Made by a program: the position numbers and the translations under genes. 64,000 bases of DNA, taken from NCBI GenBank assembly GCA_038245295.1, contig JBBRSP010000003.1, positions 288,001-352,000 of the forward strand. Direction: 5' to 3'. The notes beneath the pieces were generated by a model. The model was not told the DNA's origin. It saw only the letters and a program-made list of their open reading frames with translations, and made no database searches. Source of the DNA: Candidatus Binatia bacterium. GTDB taxonomy: Bacteria; Desulfobacterota; Binatia; HRBIN30. Positions 50,201-59,334 of the stretch are shown one piece after another; within the stretch, counting starts at the first letter, position 1; each line of letters begins with the position of its first letter.

Positions 50201-53200
50201 TCCCAGTCTCGTGTTGTAGCTGGCGTTGCCGGCCGTCATGCCCAGGTTGCCGAACGCGATGCTGTGACTGACGTATGTTAGCCCGGCCGGCAGGACATCG
50301 GTGACAATCATCCCCGGGGTCGTACCTTCAACCACGGAGACACGGATATTGTAGGAGACATTCTGGCCGACCGTATACACGGAAGGCGATACGGTCTTGT
50401 CGATGGCGATAGGCGCAGCGATCGTTAGCGCCTGGCTCGCCTGTTCGGCGTAATTGTTCAGCGTCGTATTATTGTCGTCGTCGACGGTCGCCGGGCCGCT
50501 GCTGTTGTCGCGCCCACCGCCTACCAGACTTGTGTAGTTTGCACGCGTCGCGTTGTTTAACACCTGGCCCGGGACGACCGTGTTCATGACGACGGAATCG
50601 AAATCGATCTGGAGTGTGGTCCCAGGGGCCATCTGCAACAGCGGCAGGGACACAGTGTCATTGGTGTTGCTGGTTGTTGAGACGATGGAGTGGGTCGAGT
50701 TTACCGGAGTATTGGTAGCGTTGAGAAATACGTTGCCGCCGCTCGGCGTCACGACGACGTTGCTGAGCTGGTAGAGGCCATTCGGCATCACGTCATTCCA
50801 GTTCAGGCGGTACGCTGTCGTGTGCCCGACGTTCTGTAGAATGACTCGCCAGCTCACCGTATCGCCGGCGTCGGCATTCGTCGCGCCGGCAAGCACCTGC
50901 TTTTGCATCTCGAGATTCGGTTCCCCGACACGCACCGGCAGATCGTTGGTCACAGGACCAAGGGCGATCGGCGTCCCCGTCGCGGCATTGACGAAGTTCA
51001 GGCTCGCCGTGTTGGGGAGGTAGATGTTGTCCTGGTTGCCAATCACGTTTCGAACGGTCGTCGTATACGCAATCTGGATGTTGCCGGCCGTCGGCACGGT
51101 GATGTTGCCGAAGTTGAACGTCAGGTTGTTCCCCACCAGGGTGAAGAAGGCGGCATTGCCCTCGGAGAGCGGCGCGTTTGCCGCCACCGCACCAACCGGT
51201 AGGGTGACGACCAGGGAGCCGGCATTGAAGCTCAACCCGGCGGGTAGGACGTCGGTGATGACGAAGTTGCTTGCGGAGCCAACCGGCGCGCCGACCGAGA
51301 TACGAAATTGCGGCGTTTCCCCGATGGCATAGTACGGTTGCGGGTTCAGTGTCGTCTTAGTCAGCGTCGGCACGCCGACGGTCACAGCGGCCGGATCCGA
51401 GGCGGTTAGATCGTTGGCCCCGCCGGTGGCTGTGCGCTCTCCGGTTGTCGACCCCGGGGCACCTGGCGTTGCGTTGCCGGTGCCGTTCGAGCCAGGGAGA
51501 CTCGACGCATTGACGGTGGCGATGTTGGGCACCGTCTGCCCGAATTGCGCCAGCGGCCCGAGAACGGCGGTGTACGTGATGGTCACCGACTCGCCCGGAT
51601 CGAGTTGGTCGATCGTCCCGCTCAGGAGGTTGCCGACGAAGGCCGCGCCGGCCGTTGCCCCTGTGGCCCCGACGTTGACGCTGGTTACCAGCGGCGAGAC
51701 GTATTGTACGGGTAGGGTGTCGCTGATCGTCCAGTCGAACCCACTAGCTGCATTGGTGCCGCTGGCGGAATTAGTGACCACCAACGTGAAAGCAATCGTG
51801 TCCCCGCCGGTCGCCGATGTCGGGTTGGCGGTCTTGTCGACGCTCACTACCGGCTCGGCAATGTGGGTAAGGCGGGGGGTGGAGTCGACTTGTTGACTGA
51901 CTCCGCCGGCGTTGAGGAAATGCAGACGTCCAATGTTGGACAGCGACGTGCCGGCATTGTTGGTGACGCTGTTGTCAACCACGACGCGCAGGGTGAGCAA
52001 GTACTGTTCGGCCGTCGTGTTGTCCATGTCGGCGTTCACGACATTGCCCAAAGTCAAACTAACCTCGCCCGTACTGCCCGTCAGCGTCACCGCCACAGGG
52101 CTCCCCGGCGAATTCGAGTTGATCGATCCAGGATCTGCGGCGCTGGTTAGAAGCAGCGAAGTACGGTCGAGCCTCGCCGAACCGGACACCAAGGTTGTGC
52201 CGGCTGGCAGAACGTCCGCCAAGATGACCCCATTCGTTATTCCTTCGGGGACGGTGAAGGTGACGCGGTAGGTTACTACCTCACCGATGGCGACAGGCGG
52301 GTTGCCGTTGATCCCCAGGTCGCCCGGGTCGGTTGAGTTCTCCGACGTGGCAACGATGCTCTTGCTCACCCCGGCGTTGGGGATCGACACGTTGGCGCTG
52401 CCGGCATTGGTCGTCGCGCGTTGCTGCGCCACGACCCCGCTCTGACTGTCACCGGTCACCGACGCGGTGTTCTGGTAGGTGGTGCCCGTCACGACATCCG
52501 GACGTACTCGCGCCGTGAATGTGAACGAACGCGAGCCTCCCGGCGCAATGAATGACGCCGGCAACATCGCGTAGGTGACTGTCGGGCTGGCGTAGCTAAA
52601 CGCGAAGTCGACGGGTGTCGAACCGGCGTTGACCGAGACGACCGGCGTCAGATCGAAAAGGCTGGACGGCAGGGGGTCGGCCAGGACAACATCGTACGCG
52701 GGAGCCGTTCCCGTATTGTTGGCAACGAGGGTGATCGTGACCACGTCGCCCGCATCGGGATTCGCCGGCGCCATGGCCTTCGACAGCGTCAATCGCGGTT
52801 GCAGAAACGTGGTCGAGGCCGTCGAACTGAGCGGACCGCCTGGGTTCCCGGTAAAGTTGAGACGTCCCGTATTGGTCTTGGTCTGAGCCGGTATGCCGTT
52901 GTTCTGTGCCGTATCTAGGACCAGGGCCTGCAGCGTTACGGTGAAGGTATTGGTCGCGCCGTTGTTGTCGGCGGTGACATCGGTCGTCCCGAAGGTCAGA
53001 GTAATCGTCTGGCCTGTCGCCGGAGCACCGGCGACGCCGACCGTCGGGGCCAAATTGAGAGACCCGTTAAATGTCCCCGGCAGGACCAGGACTGAACCGG
53101 GGATGAACTGGAAGCCCGTTGGCAGGATGTCGCTCAGGACGAGGCCTGGAGTGCGCCCCTCCGGCAGGGTGACGGCCAGCGCGTAGGTTATGACATCGCC

Positions 53201-56071
53201 AGCCGTGACGCTGCTGCCCTGGGTGCCATTGGGCGAGATCGCTTGGATGGATTTGGCGATCTGGGGGGTAGTGATTGTGGCGCTCGCCGTGTCGGTCTGG
53301 TCGATGGACGTAAAATCGGGGCCGCCCTCGGCGCCGGCGTAATTGAACAGCGTTGCCGTATTGGTCAGCACTTGGCGCGGCGTTACCGGCGATGCGTCGG
53401 TCGGCCCGTCCGCTTGCAGGTCATAGGTGATGACGGCGATGTTTCTGCCATTCGTCGGGTCGAAGGGGTCGATGGCTCCCGGCGGCGCTAGCGTTGGGCC
53501 CGGGTCATCAAGCTCGATGCCACCGAGCGGATCAAACAAACCACTTCCCAAGGCAGTGGTGGGAATGACGGCGCCGGTTCCATCGGTGACGCAGAGATTG
53601 AGCCCGCCACCCGGGATCGAAAACCCGCTTGGTAGCGAGTCGCGCAAACGCACATCGAACGCCCCAAGTATACTGTTCCCGGTGTTCTCGACGACGATGG
53701 CGAAGGTAACACGATCACCCCCGTCGATATTGCCGACGTTGCTGTTCATCGGCGTCGCCGTCAGTCCGTTCGTGCTGACGGTCGTGCCGAAGCGCGGGCA
53801 GGCGCCGCCCGGACTGGAGAACGCGACCGGCCCGACTGTGGAGGGTGCAAACGTAGCCGCAGCATTGGTGCTGGCTAAGGCACCTTTCGTGATCCGCAGG
53901 GCCGGCTCGGTGAGCTGGAACTGTACCAACGAGTCAGCCGCGGAGAGCGTGTTACTCGTATTGTTCTCGAGTTCCTGGACCTGATTGGTCAGGAAAAGTC
54001 CGTCGGCAAACGGCTGGGTGTTGATGGTCACGGTGAAGAGAAGGTCGACGGCGACGGGAGTGTTCGTGGGATCATCGTAGGTACCGTAGCTGAACCGGAG
54101 GAGATTGGCGGTCGCATCGCTCGACACTGTCGGCGTGATCCCGGATAGCGCAAAGAAGGTGTCTGAGGGCCCGAACTTCGCGGCTCCGGCGGCCGGCGCT
54201 GCGGCGCTGACCACCGCGCTGAAACCCGCCACCTCGGTAGCTACCAGCACAGGGAGCGGCAGGAAGTCATCGAAGCGCATGTTCTCGACGTCACCCGAGC
54301 GCATGGTGAAATGAATGCGGTAGGTGATCGTGTCGCCAGGGGCAAATTGGGTTGCCGGGCCGACGACCCCATTGCGCGCATAAATAGTCTTGGTGAGCGT
54401 ACCGCCGCCGAGGCTGACGCCCGCGGTGGAACCATCGCCTTCGGCAAACCCGGTTTGCATGAGCGTCCCGTTGTCGAGAATATCGCCCGCAACGTTGGTC
54501 ACGTTGCTCAATTGATCCCCTGGGTTGAGCGATGGGTTGCCCGACGGGAAGGTATCCGTAAACGAGTCGAGGATCGTGGTCTCGAATGTGATGGTCGCGG
54601 TCGTCGGCCCATCATTGGCCGCTCCGCCGTCCGGGACGAGGCCTCCGGCGAGACGCCCGGTAAATCCGCGAGTGATCAACTCGTCTGAAACGCGGAAAGT
54701 GAGGTCGGTGGTGCCGGTTCCGGGACTGTTCAGCACGCTGGAGGAGTTCGCCGGAGCGAGGGTGCCGCTGGAGGTAGCGCCGTTCTCGGTCACAGCGAGG
54801 GTTGGGGGTGTCAGATTGATATGTTGCCCATCGGAGAACGTGTCGGTGACGATCAGGTTCTGGAACGTGAAAAAATCGGACACCTGGAACACGAGCGTGT
54901 AGCGCAGGGTGTCGCCGGGCGAAGCCCCTGGGGCCCCGACGTCGGTGACGATCGCCACACTCTTTTGGATAGCGATCGACTTGTCGGTGAGCGTATGCTC
55001 CGGGCCGGGCTGATCGATCACCGGATGAGCGGGTGGGTCGCGCGCATCGATCGGCGTCCAATCGCCCTCGCCGCGGGCGTTGTTGAGAGACTGGACGTCG
55101 TCGCCCGTGATCGGGCTAATGACCGGAACTGCGTTGGCATCATTCTGGGGTACAAAGTATTCAAACGTAACCGTCGCATCGGCGGTGCCGGGGCCGCCGG
55201 TCACGGCGGGAAAACGCACAACGAGGTCGTTGTTGGGTGGGTTGGCGGCGGCTCCCACCGTAGGCGTATCGAGCACCACAGCGCCGGCCGGCGTCGTCGC
55301 GACAATCGATAGGAATGCAAGATTGTTCGGAAGGAAGTCGGTAACGTCGAGGTTGGTGATGGTCTGGCCATCGGCGATATCGACCGAAATCGTATAACGC
55401 CGCGGAAAGTTCGGGCCGGTCGCCGTTTCGGATTCTGGTCCGTTGTACGTCTTGGTAACGGTGAGGAGCGTCGGCGTCAGGTTGCCGCTCTGCGTCGTCC
55501 CGGTGATCGGTGGATCGGTCCCCGGGTTGTCTAGCGCGTCGGCGCCGTACCGGAAGCCAGGCGTCGCAAGCACTGTCAATGGTGTTCCGACATCGGCCAG
55601 GTTGCTTAGCAATGTAGTGACGCTGATCGTCGCGGGGGGCTGCGATGCGGTGAAACTGCCGAACGGCAACTGCAAAACGACGAGCTGGTCGCCGGCTGGG
55701 CATGCTACCGGCAGCCCGGTGTATGGGTGCGCGGCGACTGGACAAGTGAGAGTGATCGTGGCGACGGGAGTACCGAGGTACGTAGCGCTGACGAAGGTCA
55801 ACCCATCATCGGTTGCAGCGCCGGCGCCGTCGGCACCGATGCTCGGCAGAAGGAGGTCGATATAGGGACCAAAGCCGGCGTCGGTTGCCGCGGCGTTGTC
55901 AAAGGTCAACGACAGGGTCTGCTGTTGGCCGATCATTCCTGCGGCGGGAACGGCCAGTGTGACCGACGGAATTGGTTGTCCCCAGGCGACTGAGGCCAGG
56001 GGCAGACTCGCAACAAAGGACAGCGCTGCTCCTGTGGAGAGCCTCGCCAACGATAGAAACAGTTTGCCCAA
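47213..56071 (-). CDS. giant surface protein with about 16 DUF11/isopeptide (CnaB-like) domains, Pro/Thr linker and Cys-containing C-terminal domain
   Basis: Signal peptide; repeated hxK...PGD/E..Y.h....D.LP.G...N.A units; TTG start with GGAGAGG RBS. Confidence 0.9.
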   Translation of the reverse strand: MGKLFLSLARLSTGAALSFVASLPLASVAWGQPIPSVTLAVPAAGMIGQQQTLSLTFDNAAATDAGFGPYIDLLLPSIGADGAGAATDDGLTFVSATYLGTPVATITLTCPVAAHPYTGLPVACPAGDQLVVLQLPFGSFTASQPPATISVTTLLSNLADVGTPLTVLATPGFRYGADALDNPGTDPPITGTTQSGNLTPTLLTVTKTYNGPESETATGPNFPRRYTISVDIADGQTITNLDVTDFLPNNLAFLSIVATTPAGAVVLDTPTVGAAANPPNNDLVVRFPAVTGGPGTADATVTFEYFVPQNDANAVPVISPITGDDVQSLNNARGEGDWTPIDARDPPAHPVIDQPGPEHTLTDKSIAIQKSVAIVTDVGAPGASPGDTLRYTLVFQVSDFFTFQNLIVTDTFSDGQHINLTPPTLAVTENGATSSGTLAPANSSSVLNSPGTGTTDLTFRVSDELITRGFTGRLAGGLVPDGGAANDGPTTATITFETTILDSFTDTFPSGNPSLNPGDQLSNVTNVAGDILDNGTLMQTGFAEGDGSTAGVSLGGGTLTKTIYARNGVVGPATQFAPGDTITYRIHFTMRSGDVENMRFDDFLPLPVLVATEVAGFSAVVSAAAPAAGAAKFGPSDTFFALSGITPTVSSDATANLLRFSYGTYDDPTNTPVAVDLLFTVTINTQPFADGLFLTNQVQELENNTSNTLSAADSLVQFQLTEPALRITKGALASTNAAATFAPSTVGPVAFSSPGGACPRFGTTVSTNGLTATPMNSNVGNIDGGDRVTFAIVVENTGNSILGAFDVRLRDSLPSGFSIPGGGLNLCVTDGTGAVIPTTALGSGLFDPLGGIELDDPGPTLAPPGAIDPFDPTNGRNIAVITYDLQADGPTDASPVTPRQVLTNTATLFNYAGAEGGPDFTSIDQTDTASATITTPQIAKSIQAISPNGTQGSSVTAGDVITYALAVTLPEGRTPGLVLSDILPTGFQFIPGSVLVLPGTFNGSLNLAPTVGVAGAPATGQTITLTFGTTDVTADNNGATNTFTVTLQALVLDTAQNNGIPAQTKTNTGRLNFTGNPGGPLSSTASTTFLQPRLTLSKAMAPANPDAGDVVTITLVANNTGTAPAYDVVLADPLPSSLFDLTPVVSVNAGSTPVDFAFSYASPTVTYAMLPASFIAPGGSRSFTFTARVRPDVVTGTTYQNTASVTGDSQSGVVAQQRATTNAGSANVSIPNAGVSKSIVATSENSTDPGDLGINGNPPVAIGEVVTYRVTFTVPEGITNGVILADVLPAGTTLVSGSARLDRTSLLLTSAADPGSINSNSPGSPVAVTLTGSTGEVSLTLGNVVNADMDNTTAEQYLLTLRVVVDNSVTNNAGTSLSNIGRLHFLNAGGVSQQVDSTPRLTHIAEPVVSVDKTANPTSATGGDTIAFTLVVTNSASGTNAASGFDWTISDTLPVQYVSPLVTSVNVGATGATAGAAFVGNLLSGTIDQLDPGESVTITYTAVLGPLAQFGQTVPNIATVNASSLPGSNGTGNATPGAPGSTTGERTATGGANDLTASDPAAVTVGVPTLTKTTLNPQPYYAIGETPQFRISVGAPVGSASNFVITDVLPAGLSFNAGSLVVTLPVGAVAANAPLSEGNAAFFTLVGNNLTFNFGNITVPTAGNIQIAYTTTVRNVIGNQDNIYLPNTASLNFVNAATGTPIALGPVTNDLPVRVGEPNLEMQKQVLAGATNADAGDTVSWRVILQNVGHTTAYRLNWNDVMPNGLYQLSNVVVTPSGGNVFLNATNTPVNSTHSIVSTTSNTNDTVSLPLLQMAPGTTLQIDFDSVVMNTVVPGQVLNNATRANYTSLVGGGRDNSSGPATVDDDNNTTLNNYAEQASQALTIAAPIAIDKTVSPSVYTVGQNVSYNIRVSVVEGTTPGMIVTDVLPAGLTYVSHSIAFGNLGMTAGNASYNTRLGSGQTVQFNFGNVIDPGNSSSSDDFVAITLTARVDNILANQSGTILRNGEQANGSSLTVQYGSTTLNFDHDAGTPGFQGVPISLIEPVLEVLKSADPVSQSLGDIVTYTVQVRHAPSSTADAYDLVLNDVLPPGLTYVPGSATLPAADVTAAGQNLQFRISALTLLAGNTTFTYQATIDLGAQIGAPLTNNVALTWAGIPGATGAPDNGRNGGDGIGGLNDYTSGSSATVTPNENAFIDATKTVIDLNGGEVYPGDILQYTVTLINTSAPVTGVVFTDTVPIQTTYVNGTLSSTQGTTNDSGRPTLRVNVGSMTTGQTVSITFEARVLAGTAHGVVISNQGSVDSNQTVPEPTDVDGNDKNGDQPTDVITGQGIPAHRLRAEKYVEIVSDTVPPVGTINPGDVIRYLITLKNTGASILTNVVFNDTVPSSIAVTAISTTQGTAPPPSNTIFIGDIGTLLPNASVTITVIGTVTGTGTICNQGSGDSLQTSPSLTDNNPSIADGVQPTCIDSLPPGSVGTPRLILDKTYQLIGDNNNSGGPNGGERVRYKMTVQNTGSAMAIDVFLTDPAPANTTIVPGSVITSQGAVVSESPVSVNLGTMAAGQVATVTFDVDIDNAVAAGTRITNTATVTDRVGNTATDSTAYTIQALAIDLAIRKQHSGTFAPGQNGTYTLTVTNVGSLATTGTITVIDTLPTGFSYVSASGGAFACSGASQTMTCVRTAPLPPGSISSILLVVRVDSSASPISINVASVTTDGDGNISNNTATDPTSVSGVGPTPTATPLTPVPSATPTRTRPGTDVTPIPTRTPTGVRSTPTRASTFTPPPTRTRRPPGTPEPCGGNRKFKLLWSNRDPLHAKVIFSATRCVAPPGCFDTSWTGPMTIAPVTLTISDSQGGTLEETLELLPLNQGSCPGGVDSYCFTNDDVVHVDRMHFVYGRDGITTLRGKINFKLPTPEAPTLTAPLRVRVADSDGYVLDILFSVCQLRTGITTTTLQCR

Positions 56072-56097
56072 AATAGAACCTCTCCGCTCGTTCCGGT

Positions 56098-56113
56098 AGC
56101 GAACCGTGGGCCA
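56098..56113 (-). promoter_or_regulatory. possible sigma54 promoter
   Basis: TGGCCCACGGTTCGCT (GG-N10-GC) just upstream of the adhesin RBS. Confidence 0.4.
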
Positions 56114-56264
56114 TCCGGGAGTAGGGCGCCGGGGTTAGGGAATCGTGCTGCTCGACGCGTTCAGAATGTCTCAATGGTGTTTCACGAGCGTACGCATGGT
56201 CTTCGTCCCGTGGGGGAATTCCCACCGGTGCGACGGGCAGGTAGCTGCGCCGGGCGGCTGATTT

Positions 56265-58151
56265 TTATTTCAGACTGAGCTGACCGTTGACGGGATTCTT
56301 CTTGAACCGCCAGTTGTACATGTCGGTATCCGGGCCGACCTGGACGATCATCGTCATACTCACATCGGTGCCGGTGTCGAATTCGGAGAGATCACCGTCT
56401 TTGGCCGACAGGCTTACCGAGGTCGAGCCGTCGAGGCGATTGACGACGCGTAGCTTGGTGAAGAAGCCGTCGAAGGTTCCCTTGATCGTCCCGTAGGCGC
56501 CGAAGTTCTCGAGCAAGCCGAAGTCGAAGATCTGGTCGACATTGCCGTCGGTGAATCGCACTTTGACAGGCCCGCTGGCGGAGCGCGGATGGCCGAGGCG
56601 GGCGCCGAGGTAGAGGCGGCTGCCGGCACCGTTGATCGGCTTCAAGCGGGCTACACGGCGCACGAATCCCTGGTTACCGAAGCCAAGCGTTGTGCCTCCG
56701 AGGTTTGCCACGGTGCCGTTGGCGAGGCTGGTGTTGACGTCGTTGATCGTCGCGTCGACGGTGATTGCGTCGCTCGCCGTGGCGCCGGCTTCGGCGATCA
56801 CCTCGATCAAATAGCGACCCTCGACCGCCAACGGGATCGTAACGCGATCCTCGCCGATGCTGTCCATGTCGAAGTCACCTTCGGTGTAAGCGACGTTCGG
56901 AATCGTGCTGGTCGTCGCGGAGGCGGTCAAGCCATTCGGATCCGTGACCAGGAGATTCACCGGTCCTTCCGAGTGAATCTCCAGGTTGAGCGCCGGGTTG
57001 TCGGCGACGAAGACCTCGTAGGTCTTGTCCGCATTGCCGCCGGTCGGATTGCAGTTCGACTGGTAGGCGAGCTTGGCGCCGTTGGCACTCAGTTTCGGAT
57101 AGAGATTGAGGCAGGTGCTCGGGCCGTCGGTGATCTGCGTGAAGGTTTTGCGCGTGCGGTTGTAGAGCAGGATCTCGTTGCTGTGATCGGGGTTGTTGCC
57201 GGTGGCGTCGAAGCCGGAGGTGAAGGCGATCCACTTGCCGTCGTCGTTGATCGTCGGAGTGTCGCCATCGAAGGGGCCGTCCGGCGTGCCGGATACCAGT
57301 GTCGTGTAGCCGGTCTTGCTGCGCAGATAGACCGCCGATGCGCCGTCCGGGTTGAGGCCTGCGACGTTACTCGACGAGATGTAGGTGATGAAACGGCCGT
57401 CGCCACTGACTGCCGGCACGCTGGAATCGCCGTTGCCTTCCGGGTCGTTGGTGATCTGATCGAGATTGCGCGCCGTCAGATCGTAGACGAATAGCTCCTG
57501 GCTGAAGTCGGCGTTGCGACCGGTGAGATCGCTGGTGCTGACGAAAGCGATCGTCTTGCCGTCGCCGCTGAGCGCCGGGTTGTGGCTTTCCCCGTCGCCA
57601 TTGGGATCCCGCGATAAGGCCATGTTGCCGCTGCGGTTGTACAGATAGACCTCGTTGCTGAAGTCGTTGTTGGCGCCGCGCAGGTTGCTGCTGGTCTCGA
57701 AGCCAACGCGTTTGCCGTCGCCGCTGATCGCCGGCACCAGGCTCGAGCCGTCGCCTTCCTTATCACGCGTAAGCTGAGAGAAGCGTTTGCGGGTGCGGTC
57801 ATAGCGGAAGATCTCGTCGCTGCCGTCGTCGTTGCGGCCGACATAATCGGACGAGGATTCGAAGGCGATATAGCGGCCGTCCGCCGAGATGACCGGATTC
57901 GTCGAGCCATCGGCGGTGATGCGCACGAACTGACCGGTGAGCAGGTCGTAGGTGAAGGTGTTGGCCACCGGCGTCGCGTTGGTCCCGCCGAGGTTGCCGT
58001 TCGAGCCGAGAACAACGATTCGCCCGTCGCCGCTGATCCCCGGTGGGCTGGTGAATTTGCCGACCGGAAGGTTGGTAACTTGCACAGTGCCGGCGTTGGC
58101 GGTGCCGACGAGAGCCGCCAGGATGAGTAGGGCGAGGTTTGAGTGTCGCAT
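56265..58151 (-). CDS. exported PD40/TolB-like beta-propeller protein
   Basis: Signal peptide; about 7 repeats of P.ISGDG..I.F.S...L.G.N.D...E.F.Y; beta-rich C-terminal domains. Confidence 0.85.
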   Translation of the reverse strand: MRHSNLALLILAALVGTANAGTVQVTNLPVGKFTSPPGISGDGRIVVLGSNGNLGGTNATPVANTFTYDLLTGQFVRITADGSTNPVISADGRYIAFESSSDYVGRNDDGSDEIFRYDRTRKRFSQLTRDKEGDGSSLVPAISGDGKRVGFETSSNLRGANNDFSNEVYLYNRSGNMALSRDPNGDGESHNPALSGDGKTIAFVSTSDLTGRNADFSQELFVYDLTARNLDQITNDPEGNGDSSVPAVSGDGRFITYISSSNVAGLNPDGASAVYLRSKTGYTTLVSGTPDGPFDGDTPTINDDGKWIAFTSGFDATGNNPDHSNEILLYNRTRKTFTQITDGPSTCLNLYPKLSANGAKLAYQSNCNPTGGNADKTYEVFVADNPALNLEIHSEGPVNLLVTDPNGLTASATTSTIPNVAYTEGDFDMDSIGEDRVTIPLAVEGRYLIEVIAEAGATASDAITVDATINDVNTSLANGTVANLGGTTLGFGNQGFVRRVARLKPINGAGSRLYLGARLGHPRSASGPVKVRFTDGNVDQIFDFGLLENFGAYGTIKGTFDGFFTKLRVVNRLDGSTSVSLSAKDGDLSEFDTGTDVSMTMIVQVGPDTDMYNWRFKKNPVNGQLSLK

Positions 58152-58208
58152 CAGCTCTATGGTCGCCTCAGACCCGGGAGGCTGTCAATCAACAATTCTC
58201 GGGCCGCG

Positions 58209-58751
58209 CTATTCGTCCAGAAGCGCCAAAGCGGCACGATGCGCGGCCTCGAACGGATCGCGCTCCGCCTGCAACCCAGTCGGCAAGCCCTCATCGGCGG
58301 CGATGAGAAAAAAGAAACTCTGCACCAGCAGGTATCCCCATAACGCGGTACTCGTCGCCGCGAGGGGCGGAGCGCTCAACCAGCGCGCCAGGAGCAACCC
58401 GCCAAGTTGCAATACGCCTTCGATCGTGACCGCGCGTGCGGTGCTGTTGCGGTAGAGGAAGGCGCTTCTGGCAATACCCAGCGTTAGCCCCAACCCAAGG
58501 CCGAGCTCCGTTGGGTTGCGCGCGACCAACGCTGCGACGACGGCGACTCCGCCGGCGCAGCCTGCGACGATGAGACTGCGTGAGCGGTTGCGGCTCAGGC
58601 CGCTGACATAGAGCACGATCGCGAGGATGAGGTAGAGCTGCCTCGCGGCGTTTGCGCCAAGTAGCGGTCCGACGACGACCAACCATGGAACCCAGGCCGC
58701 GGCCGCCAAAGCCGCGAACAGAACGCTGCGTCCAAACGTGTTCCAGGTCAT
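58209..58751 (-). CDS. hypothetical multi-TM membrane protein
   Basis: About 6 hydrophobic segments; DPFEAAHRAAL tail; ATGA-coupled to the pspA-like gene. Confidence 0.75.
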   Translation of the reverse strand: MTWNTFGRSVLFAALAAAAWVPWLVVVGPLLGANAARQLYLILAIVLYVSGLSRNRSRSLIVAGCAGGVAVVAALVARNPTELGLGLGLTLGIARSAFLYRNSTARAVTIEGVLQLGGLLLARWLSAPPLAATSTALWGYLLVQSFFFLIAADEGLPTGLQAERDPFEAAHRAALALLDE

Positions 58752-59296
58752 GACGGCTCTCCTGTTGATCCCGGCGCGGACTGACGTCGCCGCAACAATT
58801 CGATCTCGATCTCCTCGTCGCGAACCTCGTACCCGCTCGGCGGTAGGCTGCCGAACGCGCCATCGTGCGACCGCGCCACGGCCAAGCGTACGCGGCCGCG
58901 TAACACCTCGAATTCGCTCTGCTGGGTTGCCAGTTGCGCGGCCAGCGTGTCGATCTCCGTCCGCAGTCTGGTCTGTATGACGTGGCGCTGGCCCGCCTCG
59001 TGACGGCGCGGCAACAGCCGGCGAATGGCGAAACGCGCCAGGTCGTCCTTCCCACCAGCCAGCGCAAGGCCGATGTCTTCCTCCAGCGCCTGCATCTCAC
59101 GCCCACCCGTTGCCTCAACCTCGTGCAACCGCCGGCATTCGTCGTGTAGCGCTTCGATCCGTGCCCGTTTTCGGTCGAGCTCTAACTCGGCTTCGCGCAG
59201 ATGTTGCTTGAGCAACAAGGCGCGATCCTCGAGCGATTCGACGACGCCGTGAGCGTCGGCTTTGAGAAGGATGGCAATTCGAGTCAACAGTTTCAT
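58748..59296 (-). CDS. PspA/IM30 family protein (short)
   Basis: MKLLTRIAILLKADAHGVVESLED, GKDDLARFAI and EIEIELLR; GGAAAGGA RBS. Confidence 0.85.
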   Translation of the reverse strand: MKLLTRIAILLKADAHGVVESLEDRALLLKQHLREAELELDRKRARIEALHDECRRLHEVEATGGREMQALEEDIGLALAGGKDDLARFAIRRLLPRRHEAGQRHVIQTRLRTEIDTLAAQLATQQSEFEVLRGRVRLAVARSHDGAFGSLPPSGYEVRDEEIEIELLRRRQSAPGSTGEPS

Positions 59297-59334
59297 GATG
59301 TTGTCCTTTCCTGTCAGGCCGAACGGTGCTCCAG

